Position numbers and translations under genes: made by a program. Positions 40,158-52,650 of a stretch of DNA of 64,000 nt are shown here, piece after piece; position 1 is the stretch's first letter; each line of letters starts with the position of its first letter. The DNA comes from Squalus acanthias (Eukaryota), in contig CM059431.1 of assembly GCA_030390025.1 (NCBI GenBank), positions 159,404,001 through 159,468,000 on the forward strand, in the 5' to 3' direction. The notes under the pieces were generated by a model. It did no database searches. It saw only the letters and a program-made list of their open reading frames with translations, and was not told the DNA's origin.

Positions 40158-40325
40158 ATGAAAGCCCATTGCTCACGAAATCCACATTCTACCATCACTC
40201 TGTCATGGATTACACAGCGTCCTCCTGGGCATAAAATTGGAATCAGAGGCACGACAAAAAATTCCAAACATAAGTATTAAATGTATCAAGTATCAATTTA
40301 CACATACGGTTTTAATTAATCACCA

Positions 40326-42088
40326 TTAGTGCCTGTGGTTCGGGACACTTTCATGATCTAGTGCTTCAACGAAGTTCTCCCCCAGTGGCTGCAGCATGGC
40401 CGGCGGATAGCTATTGAGTTTCCATGGGGGAGACTTCAGATGGCCTTGCAGAAGGACCTCGAGCAGTTCTGGACATAGAATACCCAGCTGTAGACTGCAA
40501 AACCTCGGCATGAGCGGCGACGTCTGGCCTGGCTGTCGGGCAGGCAGCAGCAAAGGCAATGTCTGAATGGCAGTGGTGGGGGCAGGAATGCAGTGATCCT
40601 GAGAGAGAACAGCAGATTTCTGCTCCACGGACCCACTGCCAATCTGCCGGGGCGGCGCCGCAGTTTTCCTAGCAGTCTGACGCAGCACAGTTTGCTGGCC
40701 TGTTGCGACATCCTGCAAGTCCCGGTCGACAGTTGAAAACCCAGCCACGATGGCAGCAGTCTGAGCTTGTTTGACAGCAAGCTGAGACTGCATGAGAGCG
40801 ATCTGCACTTCTGTGGCAGCACGAAGACGCTGAGTCATTTGCACCTGAGCTGCAATGGCAGCTGCGACATTGCACATCAGATGCAACAACAAGTCGGGGT
40901 CGACACTCTTTCTTCCTGAGTTGTCTTGCATGGAAAGTCTGGCCTCCAAGCTGTGTGCAAAGCCCCGGGCAATGTTGAAGGCAAACTCCTCCATGCTCCT
41001 TGACATTGCAACATGTTCTCCGTCAGGCTTACAATTGCATCTAGCAAATGGGTGTGCTTGCCCATCGCCCTTCTTCTGAATGCCGCCCCATCGAGGTCCT
41101 CATCTGAGTCCTGTGCTGAGGAAGTCGCATACGAACTGAAGCCCACTCGTGCCTGGTGCCTCACCCTGTGCAGATCCCGCTTCTAAACTATCCTTTAAAT
41201 GATGCGCAGTGCCAGTATTTGTGTTGGTGTCTGTGAGTGATAGATGCAGTGACGCTGTGTCTTCTCCTTTTTACCCCTCGCTCTCCTCCATTGCCTGGGG
41301 GAAAGGCTGGGCTGGTACTTGATCTTGATTATATGAAAGCAGAAAGGCACAAGAGTCGGGTTATGGTGAGGGAAGGGGGAAGCAGGATATCCATGCAAAC
41401 AACATTACCAGCTTGACTATGAGAAGAGATTGTGGGATGAGTGGGAAGTAGGATGTGAGAAGAAGGAGTAGGGTTCAACACACCGCTGTTGTCCCAAAAG
41501 GCTTCAATCTCGGTGATTGCCACGGGATCCATTAGTTGCCGCCCAATGATTTCCAGCACTCGCTACTCCAATTGGCAGAGGTCCTGCATGGCAGCTTGCC
41601 CCCTGCCTGTCTGCTGCTGCTCCCGGCGATTATGCGCCACATTGAGCTGTGGTGCAATGGCTCAATAGCTGTCAGTGTGTGCAAGTTGTGAAATGTTGGT
41701 GTGAGCGTTGCAGCAGTGATCAGGTTGTGAGGGTTAAGTGAAGATATGATAGCGAGGACTGAGTGCTGATAGGTAGAGATTGTTCGTAGGTGAGTGCAGG
41801 AGGCGTGGTACATTGGTCAGGAATTTTCTGAACCCTTCATTTACTTTGACCGGCCATGTGAGGTCATTAAACCTCTTTCGGCACTGCTTCGACGACCTGG
41901 GGACCACAGTGCTGGCCGTCATACAGTCGGCTATCTCTCGCCACAGCCTTCGGGATGTATGCAGCCATGGATTCCTGCCGCCTTGCAGGAAGAGGACAGC
42001 CCGCCTCCTCTCCAGGGCCACCACTGGTGCCTGCAGAGCCCCGTCTGAGACTCTACGGGCTCTTCCCCTGTGCTGAGGCTTGGCCATC
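40326..42088 (-). pseudogene. Harbinger Myb/SANT-like DNA-binding protein gene (spliced, decayed)
   Basis: RARRVSDGAL..RRAVLF..LWREIA..RSSKQCRKRFNDL (MSANTD/trihelix-type pattern); downstream coiled-coil-like Ala/Gln-rich ORF 40326-41006. Confidence 0.8.
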
Positions 42089-42227
42089 TGCTTCGAGCAC
42101 CGTCTGATTCCAGGTTGAGTTCGAACTGGATTGACAATGAGGTGCTGTAGCATCAATGTACCTTCCCTTTAAGTACTGAATTAAGCCTGTGCCGATATTA
42201 GCCCACCTGTTGAGCCGTAATCCAATG

Positions 42228-43142
42228 ACAACATAAGAATATAAGAAATAGGAGCAGGAGTTAGCGATTTGGCCCCTCGAGCCTGCTCCGCCATTCAATA
42301 AGATCATGGGTGATCTTCCACCTCATTCTACTTTTCCTTCAGTGTCCCCATATCCCCTATGTATTTAATATCCAAAACTCTATCGATCTCTGTCTTGAAT
42401 ATAATCAACAACTGAACCTCCACAGCCCTCTGCAGTAGAGAATTGCAAAGATTCACTACCCTGTGAGTGAAGGAATTTCTCCTCATCTCAGTCCTAAATG
42501 GCCGACCCCTTATTCTGAGACTGTGACACGTGGTCTAGATTCCTCAGCCTGTGGGAGCATCCTCCCTGCATCTACCTTGTTAAGCCCTGTAAGAATTTTG
42601 TATGTTTCAATGAGATCACCTCTCATTCCTCTTCGCTCTAGAGAATATAAGCATAGTCTACTCAATCTCTCCTCATAGGACAAACACCCCATCCCAGGAA
42701 TCAGTCCGGTGAAACTTCGTTTCTCTCCCTCAATGGCAAATATATCCTTCCTTAAGTAAGGAGATCAAAAACTGTACACAGGTGTGGTCTCACCAGGACC
42801 AAATTTAATTGCAGTAAGACGTGTTTACTGTTATACTCAAACCTCTTGTAATAAAGGTCAACATACCATTTACTTCCCCAATTGCTTGCTATACCTCCAG
42901 TAATAAACTTTCAGTGATTTGTGTACAAAGACAACCAGGGCCATCAGAAAACCAACATTTCCCAATCTCTCAACATTTAAAAAATACTCTGCTTTTCTAT
43001 TTTTCTTATCAAAGCGCATAACTTCTTATTTCTCCACATTTTATTCATTTTATTATGTTCTTGCCAACTCACTTAGCTTGTCTATTTCCCCTTTAAGCCT
43101 CTTTACATTCTCTTCGGAATTTACATTCCCATCCAACTTTGT
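42228..43142 (-). mobile_element. 5'-truncated CR1 (family C-like)
   Basis: Tail acataagaatataagaaataggagcagg; YEERLSRL..RGDLIETYKIL. Confidence 0.85.
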
Positions 43143-43174
43143 TAGCAGCGTTTTTAGCGTTGAGATCAGCACTA

Positions 43175-45340
43175 TAGGAATATAGTAATAGGAACATAGG
43201 AACATACGAACAGGAGTAGGACATTCAGCCCCTTCAGCCTGTTCCGCAATTCAATGAGATCATGGCTGATCTGCAACATAACTCCACATGTCCACCTTTG
43301 GCCCATATCCCTTAATATCTTTGGTTAACAAAAAGCTATCAATCTCCGATTTAAAATTAATTATAGATCTAGCATCAATTGCCATTTGCGGAAGAGAGTT
43401 ACAAACTTCTAGCAGCTTTTCTGTGTAGAAGTGTTTTCTAACTGCACTCCTGAAAGGTCTGGCTCTAATTTTTGGAATATACCCCCGAGCCCTAGAATCT
43501 CAAACCAGCGGAAGTAGTGTATCTCTATCTACGCGATATGTTCCCCTTAATATCCTGAAAACATCGATCAAATCACCCTTTAATCTTCTAAATTCTAGGG
43601 AATACAGCCCTAATTTGTGTAATCTATCCCAGTACCTTAACCCTTGAATCTGATTCACATTCTGGTAAACCTACGCTGCACATCCTCCAAGGCCAATATA
43701 TCCGTCCTAAGGTGTGGTGCCTAGAACTACGCACAGTACTCCGGGTGTGGTCTAACCAGGGTTTTGTATAGATGCAGCACAACATCTGCCCCTTGTACTC
43801 TCTTTCTCTCGATATAAACGCTAGCATTCCATTAGTCTTTTTGATTATTTTCTGTACCTGTTCATGACATTTTAATGATCTATGTACCTGAACCCCCAAG
43901 TCTCTTTGGACATCTACTATTTTTAACGTTGTACCATTTAGAAAGTACCCTGTTCTATCATGTTTAAGTCCAAAGCGGATTACCTCACATTTGCTTACAT
44001 TGAAATCCATTTGCCACAGTTTTACCCACTCACTTAATCTATCAATATCCCTTTGTAATTTTTTACTTTCATCTACACTGCCTACAATGGCACCTATCTT
44101 TGTGGCATCGACAAATTTGCATATATGACTTTCTATGCCATCATCAAAGTCGTTAATACATATTGTGAATAGTTGAGGCCCAAAAACAGATCCCTGCTGG
44201 ACACCACTAGTGACCTCCTGCCAATTTGAGTACCTGCCCATTATCCCTACTCTGTCTCCTGCCGCTCAGCCAATTTCCTAACCAGGTTAATAATTTGCCC
44301 TCAACTCCATGATCTTCTGCCTTAGAAAACAGTCTCTTATGTGAGACTGTATCAAATGCCTTCTGGAAGTCCATATAAATAACATCCATAGACATTCCCC
44401 TATCCACTACTTTAGTCAACTCTTCAAAACATTCAATCAGGTTTGTCCGGGATCACCTACCTTTCACAAATCCATGCTGGCTCCCTCTGATCAACTGAAA
44501 ATGTTCGAGGTGTTCAGTCACCCTATCCTAAATTATAGGCTCTAGCAATTTACCAACAACAGATGTCAGTCTACCTAGTCTATACTTCCCTGATTTCCCT
44601 CTCTCACCTTTCTTAAATTGCTGAATGACATGCTCAATTTTCCAATCTAAAGGGACGGTTCCTGAATCTAGAGAACTTCGGAAGATATAGTTAGGACATG
44701 TGGAATGTGCTCACCTACTTTCTTTAATACCCTGGGATGGAAACTATCTGGTCCTGGGGATTTGTCACTCTTTTGTGCTATGATTTTCTCATTACTGTTA
44801 TTTAACCTACGTTAATTTTATTGAGTCCCTATCCCTGATTCCATGTTAGTTTCTTTGCGATTTCCAGCATGCTATCCTCTTCTTCTGCTGTAAATACTGA
44901 CGCAAAGTAATTATTCAACTTGTCCGCCCTTTACCCATTGTCATTGAAAATATCACCATTTTCAGTATTAAGGGGCCAACTTAGCTCCTGACCACCCTCT
45001 TTTTCCAATGTAACTATAAAAATTCTTCATTTTTATTTTGATATCCCTTACAAGTTTCTTTTCATACTCCCTTTTTTGTAACTCTTGCACTCTGTTTTGT
45101 AACCCTTTGCTGTACATTGTATCGTTCCCATTCGCCAAGATCTGTGCTATTTTTTGCATTTCTGTATGCCCTTTCCTTAATTTTTATGCTGTCCTTTACA
45201 TCGTTAATTGTTCTTTTTGGCAAACAGAGCTCTTGCCTGTCAGGGGTATCAACTCGTGCTGTATCACGTTAATTTATTTTAAAAACATTTCCCACTTTCG
45301 TTTTACCCATTAACAGTTTTGCCCAGTCTGCTTGCCCAGT
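43175..45340 (-). mobile_element. 5'-truncated CR1 (family D)
   Basis: (aggaacat)n tail; RT fragments YMDFQKAFDTV, GVQQGS, FVDATK. Confidence 0.85.
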
Positions 45341-45834
45341 TTACTTTAATCATATTAATCAGGACTGAGCACGAATTTTGCGTGCTGCATAGATCATTTT
45401 GACCAGGTGCAGCTTAATATTTTTAGGCCGTGACACTGCCCGTTCTCTTGCCATATCCAATTTTTAGCACTTGATTTTTTTAAATATATATACTTTTAAA
45501 GTTTGTTCATGATACTTCAGCTACTACCTTCTCCGTGTAAATGTCCCAATCTTTATTACTCTCTCAGTAATATTTTTTTTTAAATTACAGATAATGAGTG
45601 CTTTTTTCATCAGTTTGCTGTCTGTGAGAATTATTCAACGTGATTCGTTGCTTCGACAGTTTAATGACATCACTTCTGCTCTAAGCCAGGAATCCACTTT
45701 TTGCAATGCTACAATCAATTACACGGTGAGAAACCCAAAGTTCTCGCCACAGAGATCGCGAGATCTCTGTGAGCCGCTTTCTTCTTCGTCAGCATCGATC
45801 GCTGTCTCTTTGCCACTGACCGCAAAATACGAAC

Positions 45835-47932
45835 AACATAGAACATAGAACAGTACAGCACAGTGCAGGCCCTTCGGCCCTCGATGTTGTGTCGAGCATT
45901 GTTCGAAATCAAGATCAAGCTATCCCACTCCCTATCATTCTGGTGTGCTCCATGTGCTTATCCAATAACCGCTTGGAAGTTCCTAAAGTGTCCGACTCCA
46001 CTATCACAGCAGGCAGTCCATTCCACACCCCAACCACTCTCTGAGTAAAGAATCTACCTCGGACATCCCTTCTATATCTCCGCCCATGCACCTTATAGTT
46101 ATCCCCCCTTGTAACAGCTACATCCATCCGAGGAAATAGTCTCTGAACATCCACTCTATCTATCCCCCTCATCATCTTATAAACCTCTATTAAGTCGCCT
46201 CTCATCCTCCTCCGCTCTAAATAGAAAAGCCCTATCTCCCTCAATCTTTCATCATAAGACCTCCCCCCCAAACCAGGCAGCATCCTGGTAAATCTCCTTT
46301 GCACTCTTTCCAATGCTTCCACGTCCTTCCTATAGTGAGGTGACCAGAACTGCACACAATATTCCAAATGTGGTCTCAACAAGATCCTGTACAGTTGCAG
46401 CATAACCTCACGGTTCTTAAACTCAAACCCCTTGTTAATAAACGCTAACACACTATAGGCCTTCTTTACTGCTCTATCCACTTGAGTGGCAACCTTCAGA
46501 GATCTGTGGATATGAACCCCCAGATCCCTCTGTTCCTCCACGTTCCTCAGAACCATGCCGTTGACCCTGTAATCCTTATTCAAATTTGCCCTACCAAAAT
46601 GAATCACCTCGCACTTATCAGGGTTAAATTCTATCTGCCATTTTTCGGCCCAGCTCTGCATCCTATCAATGTCTCTTTGCAGCCTACAACAGCCCTCCAC
46701 CTCATCCACTACTCCACCAATCTTGGTGTCATCAGCAAATTTACTGATCCACCCTTCAGTCCCCTCCTCCAAGTCATTGATAAAAATCACAAACAGCAGA
46801 GGACACAGCGCCGACCCCTGTGGCACACCGCTGGTAACTGGTCTCCAGTCCGAAAATTTTCCATCCACCACCACCCTCTGCCTTCTATGAGATAGCCAGT
46901 TACTTATCCAATCGGCCAAATTTCCCTCTATCCTACAACTCCTTACTTTCTTCATGAGCCGACCATGGGGAACCTTATCAAACGCCTTACTAAAATCCAT
47001 GTATACGACATCAACTGCTCTACCTTCATCTACACACGTAGTTACCTCCTCAAAGAATGCAATCAAATTTGTTAGGCAAGGCTTACCCTTCACGAATGAC
47101 TATCCCTGATTAAGTTGCCTCTTTCCAAATGGTCATAAATCCTATCCCTCAGGACCTTTTCCATTATCTTACCAACCACCGAAGTAAGACTAACCGGCCT
47201 ATAATTACCAGGGTCATTCCTATTTCCTTTCTTGAAGAGAGGAACAACATTCGCCACTCTCCAGTCCTCTGGCACCATCCCCGTGGACAGTGAGGACCCA
47301 AAGATCAAAGCCAAAGGCTCTGCAATCTCCTCCCTTGCCTCCCAAAGAATCCTAGGATATAACCCATCTGGCCCAGGGTACTCATCGACCCTCAGGTTCT
47401 TTAAAATTGCTAAAACATCTTCCCTCAGAACGTCTACCTCCTTCAGCCTATCCACCTTTTTCACACTCTCATCCTCAAAAACATGGCCCCTCTCCTCGGT
47501 GAACACTGACGAAAAGTATTCATTCATCACCTCTCCTATCTCTTCTGACTCCATGCACAAGTTCCCACTACTGTCCTTGACCGGCCCTACACTCACCCTG
47601 GTCATTCTTTTATTTCTCACATAAGAGTAAAAAGCCTTGGGGGTTTCCTTGATCCGACCCGTCAAGGACTTCTCATGCCCCCTCCTAGCTCTCCTAAGCT
47701 CTTTTTTTAGCTCATTCCTTGCTACCTTGTACCCCTCAATCGACCCAACTGAACCTTGTTTTCTCAGCCTTACATACGCTTCCTTTTTCCTCTTGACTAG
47801 ACATTCAACCTCATTTGTGAACCATGGTTCTCTCACTCGGCCATTTCCTCCCTGCCTGACAGGGACATACCTATCAAGGACACGCAGTGATTGCTCCATG
47901 AAAAAGCTCCACTTTTCGTTTGTGCCTTTCCC
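45835..47932 (-). mobile_element. Relatively young 5'-truncated CR1 (family E)
   Basis: 392-aa RT ORF 45915-47093 with FADDTK and the upstream ORF, separated by one frameshift at the QHGF motif; (aacatag)n tail; 6-bp TSD acgaac at 45829-45834 and 47933-47938. Confidence 0.92.
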
Positions 47933-48200
47933 ACGAACCATGTGTTTATCTAGCCTGCCCTTAAATGCATCTGTGCTATTAGCCTCAACCATTCCATGTG
48001 GTAGAAACGTATACATTATAACCATTTTCTAGGAAAAATAGTTCCTTCTGAATTCCTTATTGGATTTATTAGTGACTATCTTGTATTAACGGCTGGAGAT
48101 TTTGGACTCCTCCAAGTGGAAACAATAGTATTTACTTTTTCATTCTAAAATTGCAAATCATCATTCCTATATTATAATCGTCAGTATTGCAGTTATTATA

Positions 48201-48794
48201 CAAAATCAAAATACTGCGTGTGCCAGAAATCTTAAATAAAACTGAAAATGCTGGAAATACTCAGCAGGTCAGGCAGCATCTGTGAAGAGCGAGAAACAGA
48301 ATTAACGTTTCAGGTCGATGACCCTTCGTCAGAACTGTTATCAGCTGGAGATGAAACAGGTTTTTAAGCAAGTGTAGGGACAGGGAAAGGTGGAGGGGAG
48401 GAAAGAACAAAAGGGAAGGTCTGTGATAGGATGGAAGGCAGGAGAGATTAAGAGACAAAAGGGCTGATGGTGGACAGAAAATTCTGGAAATACTCAGCAG
48501 GTCAGGCAGCACCTGAACAGAAAAGGGTGGAAATACTGAGCAGGTCAGCCAGCATCTGAGTACCATCATCCCTTTTGTCTCTTAATCTCTCCTGCCTTCC
48601 ATCCTATTACAGAGCTTCCCTTTTGTTATTTCCTCCCCTCCCCCCTTTCCCTGCCCCTATACTTGGTTGTAAACCTGTTCCATCTACAGCTTTTTCCAGT
48701 TCTGACGAAAGGTCATCGACCTGAAACGTTAACTCTGTTTCTCTCTCCACAGATGCTGCCTGAAATGATGTGTATTTCCAGCATTTTCAGTTTT
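48201..48794. mobile_element. Fold-back Penelope-like insertion (family PLE-1) with hammerhead cores on both strands
   Basis: 16-bp TSD tattgcagttattata (48185-48200, 48795-48810); inverted arms ~48235-48470 / 48563-48794; cores at 48702-48731 (+) and 48332-48303 (-). Confidence 0.85.
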
Positions 48795-48987
48795 TATTGC
48801 AGTTATTATAATTAGCTTCACTTACTCCAGTGTTTGTATTTTGCAATCATTTTTCTTCAATGCTGTAGACAGCCTTTTCACTACCACATCTTCCAGCTTA
48901 ATCTCATTGAGCCTAAACACAAATAACATTAGACATAACGTGGAATGTGTTTAAGTAGGGGAATAAATTCCAGTGTTTCACTCTACA

Positions 48988-49143
48988 GGATAGAAATTCG
49001 TCTCGGGCGGTAGCGTAATATGGGCTTTATAGCACCGCCCGCCCCTTATATGCCAAGCCTGATATTCGATTCCATTGAACAGTATAACAGGCGGAAAATG
49101 CGATCGCATCAATTTTGCTCTGTCGTTCAAGACGAATTTCAGA
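48988..49143. mobile_element. Palindromic MITE (family P), degenerate
   Basis: tagaaattcgtctcgggcgg..gcctgatattc..agacgaatttcag. Confidence 0.55.
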
Positions 49144-49794
49144 ATTTCTATTACGTTTTTCATACAGTTTATTCATCTGATTTAGTAATTGCTTGAGGTT
49201 CAAAAATTAAGCATCATAAAGAATATTCTAATAATTGAAGCCCATTATTGATAATACACATCAGAGAAAGATTTCACGTAAGGTAGGAACGAGTGGTGGC
49301 AAATGCAATTACACGTGATCTTTAATTGCCATTATTCCGCTTGAGATAGCTACCTCAGAACGTTCGTCTTCGCTAGAGAAAGCCCATAAAATACAGACGT
49401 AACAGAGTAAATTTTAAATGAACTTGGTGACCATAGCTTTGTGTTCTCCTATTTGGAAATCGTAATGAACCGTTAGCTTTAAGGTAAGCATTAAAGCACT
49501 TAAAGGCTCTTCTTGTATTTTTGTAAAATATATCACTTGGATTTTCGAAAATCTTTGCTACGGTTAATAATATTCATACAGTTACCCAGTTCCCTTTATT
49601 GGCAGGAGAGGGTTTGCCAATATGGAGCCTGTAAGCTGATTTGCTCGGAGGAAGTAAAGCACCTGAGGGCGAATGCCAGGCAGTTCAATCTGCCCAAATC
49701 GGTGCATTTTCTACCATGAGATACTGATGTGACCAATAAAGCCCCTACAATTATCCCGCAGCCCTGACGCTGCGATAGGCATTATGTAAATGAA

Positions 49795-50012
49795 ATTTCT
49801 TTCTTTCTTTCTTTCATTCTTTCTTTCTTTCTCTCTTTCGTTCTTTCTTTCTTTCCTTCTTTCTATTTTTCATTCTTTCTTTCTTTCTTTCATTCTTTTT
49901 TTATTTCTTTCTTTCTCTCTTTCTTTCTTTAATTCTTTCTTTCTTTCTTTCCTTCTTTCTTTCTTTCTCTCTTTCTTTCTTTTTCTCTCCCTCTTTTTTC
50001 TTTCTTTTTTCC
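49795..50012. repeat. (TTTC)n degenerate microsatellite
   Basis: About 220 bp of pyrimidine repeat, ~100 bp into the intron following the NACHT exon. Confidence 0.95.
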
Positions 50013-50110
50013 CATGTCACACGATGCAAAAACCTCTCACGAAATTGCTGACATGCTTATGTAGATGTCGCGGATTCGTTAGTACTTTTCAGTAACTTAT
50101 TTAAAATTAC

Positions 50111-51833
50111 CTCAGAATTTTGCATTTGTGTAAAACCCCTGCCAGTCTCTGGATCCCTTCATCTTGTATTGAGCACTGGGTCAGATCTAGTTCTTCTAAA
50201 ACGTCACAAGGCCTCAGGACCGTCGCCAGTACCATGCAATCCACCCCACTGAGTTCTGAACCACAAAATGCAACCTTCTTTACAGATCCAAGCAAATTCT
50301 TCATCAGTGGTGAGTTTCGGGATTCATACAGTAGGTGGAATGTGGCCAGAAGTTTTGTTTTATTCTCCTGTCCCTCACTCTTTCCAATCATTCGCTGAAC
50401 CTCCTCTTGCAACCAATCTATCACTTTGCGGCCTGTTGATGCATCGAACAAGCCTAAATCGTTTGTTAGCTCTCGAGTTGAATATGGAGAGGAAAGACCA
50501 GCCAGGAAACGGAAGAATATCTCAAACCGTCTATCACTGTCCCAGGTTGCTTTATTCAGGAGCTGTTCCATTTTCTGTGGAGTTGATTTCAGGAACAGTG
50601 AGAGGGCGGCGAGAAACTCTTGTAGTGTGAGATGAGTAAATGTGTGCACGGCACTCATGGCTGCGTTGTCTTCGCGCAGAATTTGCATCACAAACCCGGA
50701 AGTGAATTTTGAAGGTTGCAGGTTGTGACGTTTGAAATCATCATCATGAAATATCAGGGATCTCTTGCTGACTCCCTCATAGGCCATCTCCCCGAGTTTG
50801 AGTAAAAGCTCACGTCTGTTTTTAATATTACAACCTTCTCTTTTTAACAAGCTGGCCAAGAAGTTTGAAAAGAGTTCGGTGATAGTTTCAGGAAGTTGCC
50901 TTTCTCTTTTCTCTTGGCCTCTAAAGAGCGGGGCCAACGTGGAACAGATGATCCAGCAGTACACGGGAATATAACACATGGTGTACAGGACGTCGTTCTC
51001 TTCGATGTATTGGAAAACGGCGTCCGCCATCTTGGCATACCCGAAAAATCTCCGACAATAATCTCTTCTTTCTTCTGCAAGGAAACCGAGTATCTCAGCC
51101 CAGAGATTGACATCTTTCTTATTCAGCGAATCCAGGGCACTGGGTCGGCTCGTGACCAACACCGAACAACCCTTCAGTAACTTCCCCTGAACCAGACACC
51201 GGACAATATCAGACACTTCACACCGACACTCGGGATCGAAAGACTGATGCTCTGGGTCCACGTTTCTCTGCTGATCACTAAAATTCATATCCTCATGAAA
51301 TTCATCTAACCCATCAAATATAAGCAGTATCTTCGCTGGTTCTTCCCACACGCGCTCAAGGTCCTTCCCAAAATAAGGATATGAATTTAGTACTAGCTGC
51401 TTCAGACTTGTCTTCTCTTTTACGTTTCGTAATTCCCGACATTTGAGAAGAAAGACAAAGTTGAACTGTTGATATATTTCGCCTGCGGCCCAGTCATGGA
51501 CAATCTTCTGCACCATGGTAGTTTTACCGATACCAGCCACACCTGTAACTACCGATGTTCCAGACAGGCTCGTTCGACCGAAACTGCTTCTGAATAATTG
51601 ATTAATACCAACTTCCTCCAGCGAATTCGTCAGGTGTTTCTTTTGCCATTTTTCGTGCTTTCTACCAATTTCCCAAATTTCGTCTCTTACAGTTCTACCT
51701 TCCAGAGGGCGTTTAACGATTATTACTTTTGTGTATCGATCTTCAAGCGAAAAAATACTTGTCCGTTCCCCACTATTCACTTTCATCTTGTCGCATTGTT
51801 GGCGGAGAGTTTCTTTATGTTTCTTTTGAATCT
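50111..51833 (-). CDS. NLR gene coding exon 5: NACHT (NBD-HD1-WHD-HD2) plus first LRR
   Basis: Uninterrupted 1723-nt exon; acceptor tttgcAG, donor AG|GTAAT; Walker A GVAGIGKTT, Walker B LLIFDGLDE, sensor-1 LVTSR, CYIPVYCWI, winged-helix FTHLTLQEFLAA, LRR LEELDLTQCSI. Confidence 0.96.
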
Positions 51834-52303
51834 CTGCAAATCAATTAAAATTAATAATGTCCACGGCAAAATCATTACACGTTGAATGAGCATGCGCATA
51901 ATGACTCAAAAGATAAAACATAATGACCATGTGACATGAAACGCAATGCCACTGTCTAATATCTATCCATACATCTCTCTGTCGGTGTTTCATTTTTTGT
52001 TTCATTCTTTCTTCGTTTCTATCTTTCCTTTTTCATTTATTTCCTTTCTTTATCTATCTATTTATGCTGTTGACACTTTATTTATCCTTCCATTTATCTA
52101 GCTATAATTTTCTCTTATATAGGTGTGTATATCTTTATCTTTGTACGTATCTATCAATATTTTCTATCAACTATAGCTATCTATCTATCTAGCATTTTGG
52201 GCACTGTTGAGGATATGAAAAGCGCTATATAATTGTACGCTGTTTCTTTCATAGTAACTGAAGAGCGGTTTAATAGTACATTAAATGTTTAAACACCACG
52301 TAC

Positions 52304-52369
52304 CTTCTAAATAAGGCGGTACTTTTGACGGTATTTGGCTCCAGGTTGCTTCATATTGTAAATTGCCAC
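52304..52369 (-). CDS. NLR gene coding exon 4 (66-nt linker)
   Basis: Acceptor ttctcaatAG, donor G|GTACGT, phase 1-1; GGNLQYEATWSQIPSKVPPYLE. Confidence 0.75.
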
Positions 52370-52478
52370 CTATTGAGAAAAGTGTGATTCAGATTTATCA
52401 TCAATGGAATAGTACACCCGGTGTTTAGTAAAATATATGTTAATATTTACATGTTGTGCAAGTGAACCAGCCTAATAC

Positions 52479-52650
52479 CTTTTGCTTGCATTTCTTTCAG
52501 TATTTCCCTCAGCTTTGGTATCGTACTCTGCAGGTTCACAAGTATTTCCCACATTGCTCTCCCTGCTTTAGCTCCGATTGACATCACTTTTTCGAAAAGG
52601 AATTTTGAGGCTTCGGTCCTCTGTTTACTTTCCGTCAGCTCCCTGACGTG
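52479..52650 (-). CDS. NLR gene coding exon 3 (second half of CARD/death-fold-like domain)
   Basis: Acceptor ttgtgtttccAG, donor G|GTATTA, 172 nt, phase 0-1; HVRELTESKQRTEASKFLFEKVMSIGAKAGRAMWEILVNLQSTIPKLREILKEMQAK resembles CARD helices 3-6. Confidence 0.85.

Larger units (their letters stand above)
38526..45470. mobile_element. Decayed autonomous-type PIF/Harbinger DNA transposon (convergent transposase and Myb/SANT genes)
   Basis: TIRs gagctaaaaatt / aatttttagcac, flanks TAG/TTG; two convergent genes; two CR1 insertions in the right arm. Confidence 0.75.
38119..47939. mobile_element. Harbinger-type MITE shell (38119-38525, 45471-45834 and 47939) hosting nested elements
   Basis: Left TIR ggcccggattttgtg; reconstructed right TIR cgcaaaatacgaacc (11/15 match); the flanking CR1 fragment tctccctcat (38118) resumes as gtgtttatctagcc (47942). 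Confidence 0.6.

Noticed and set aside
49790..50095. Phe/Ser/Leu-rich membrane protein ORF
   Set aside because: Translation of a (TTTC)n microsatellite
50107..51786. Stand-alone single-exon ORF, or assignment as NLRP3/NLRP12/NOD1
   Set aside because: Bounded by splice sites as one exon of a larger gene; orthology cannot be determined without phylogeny
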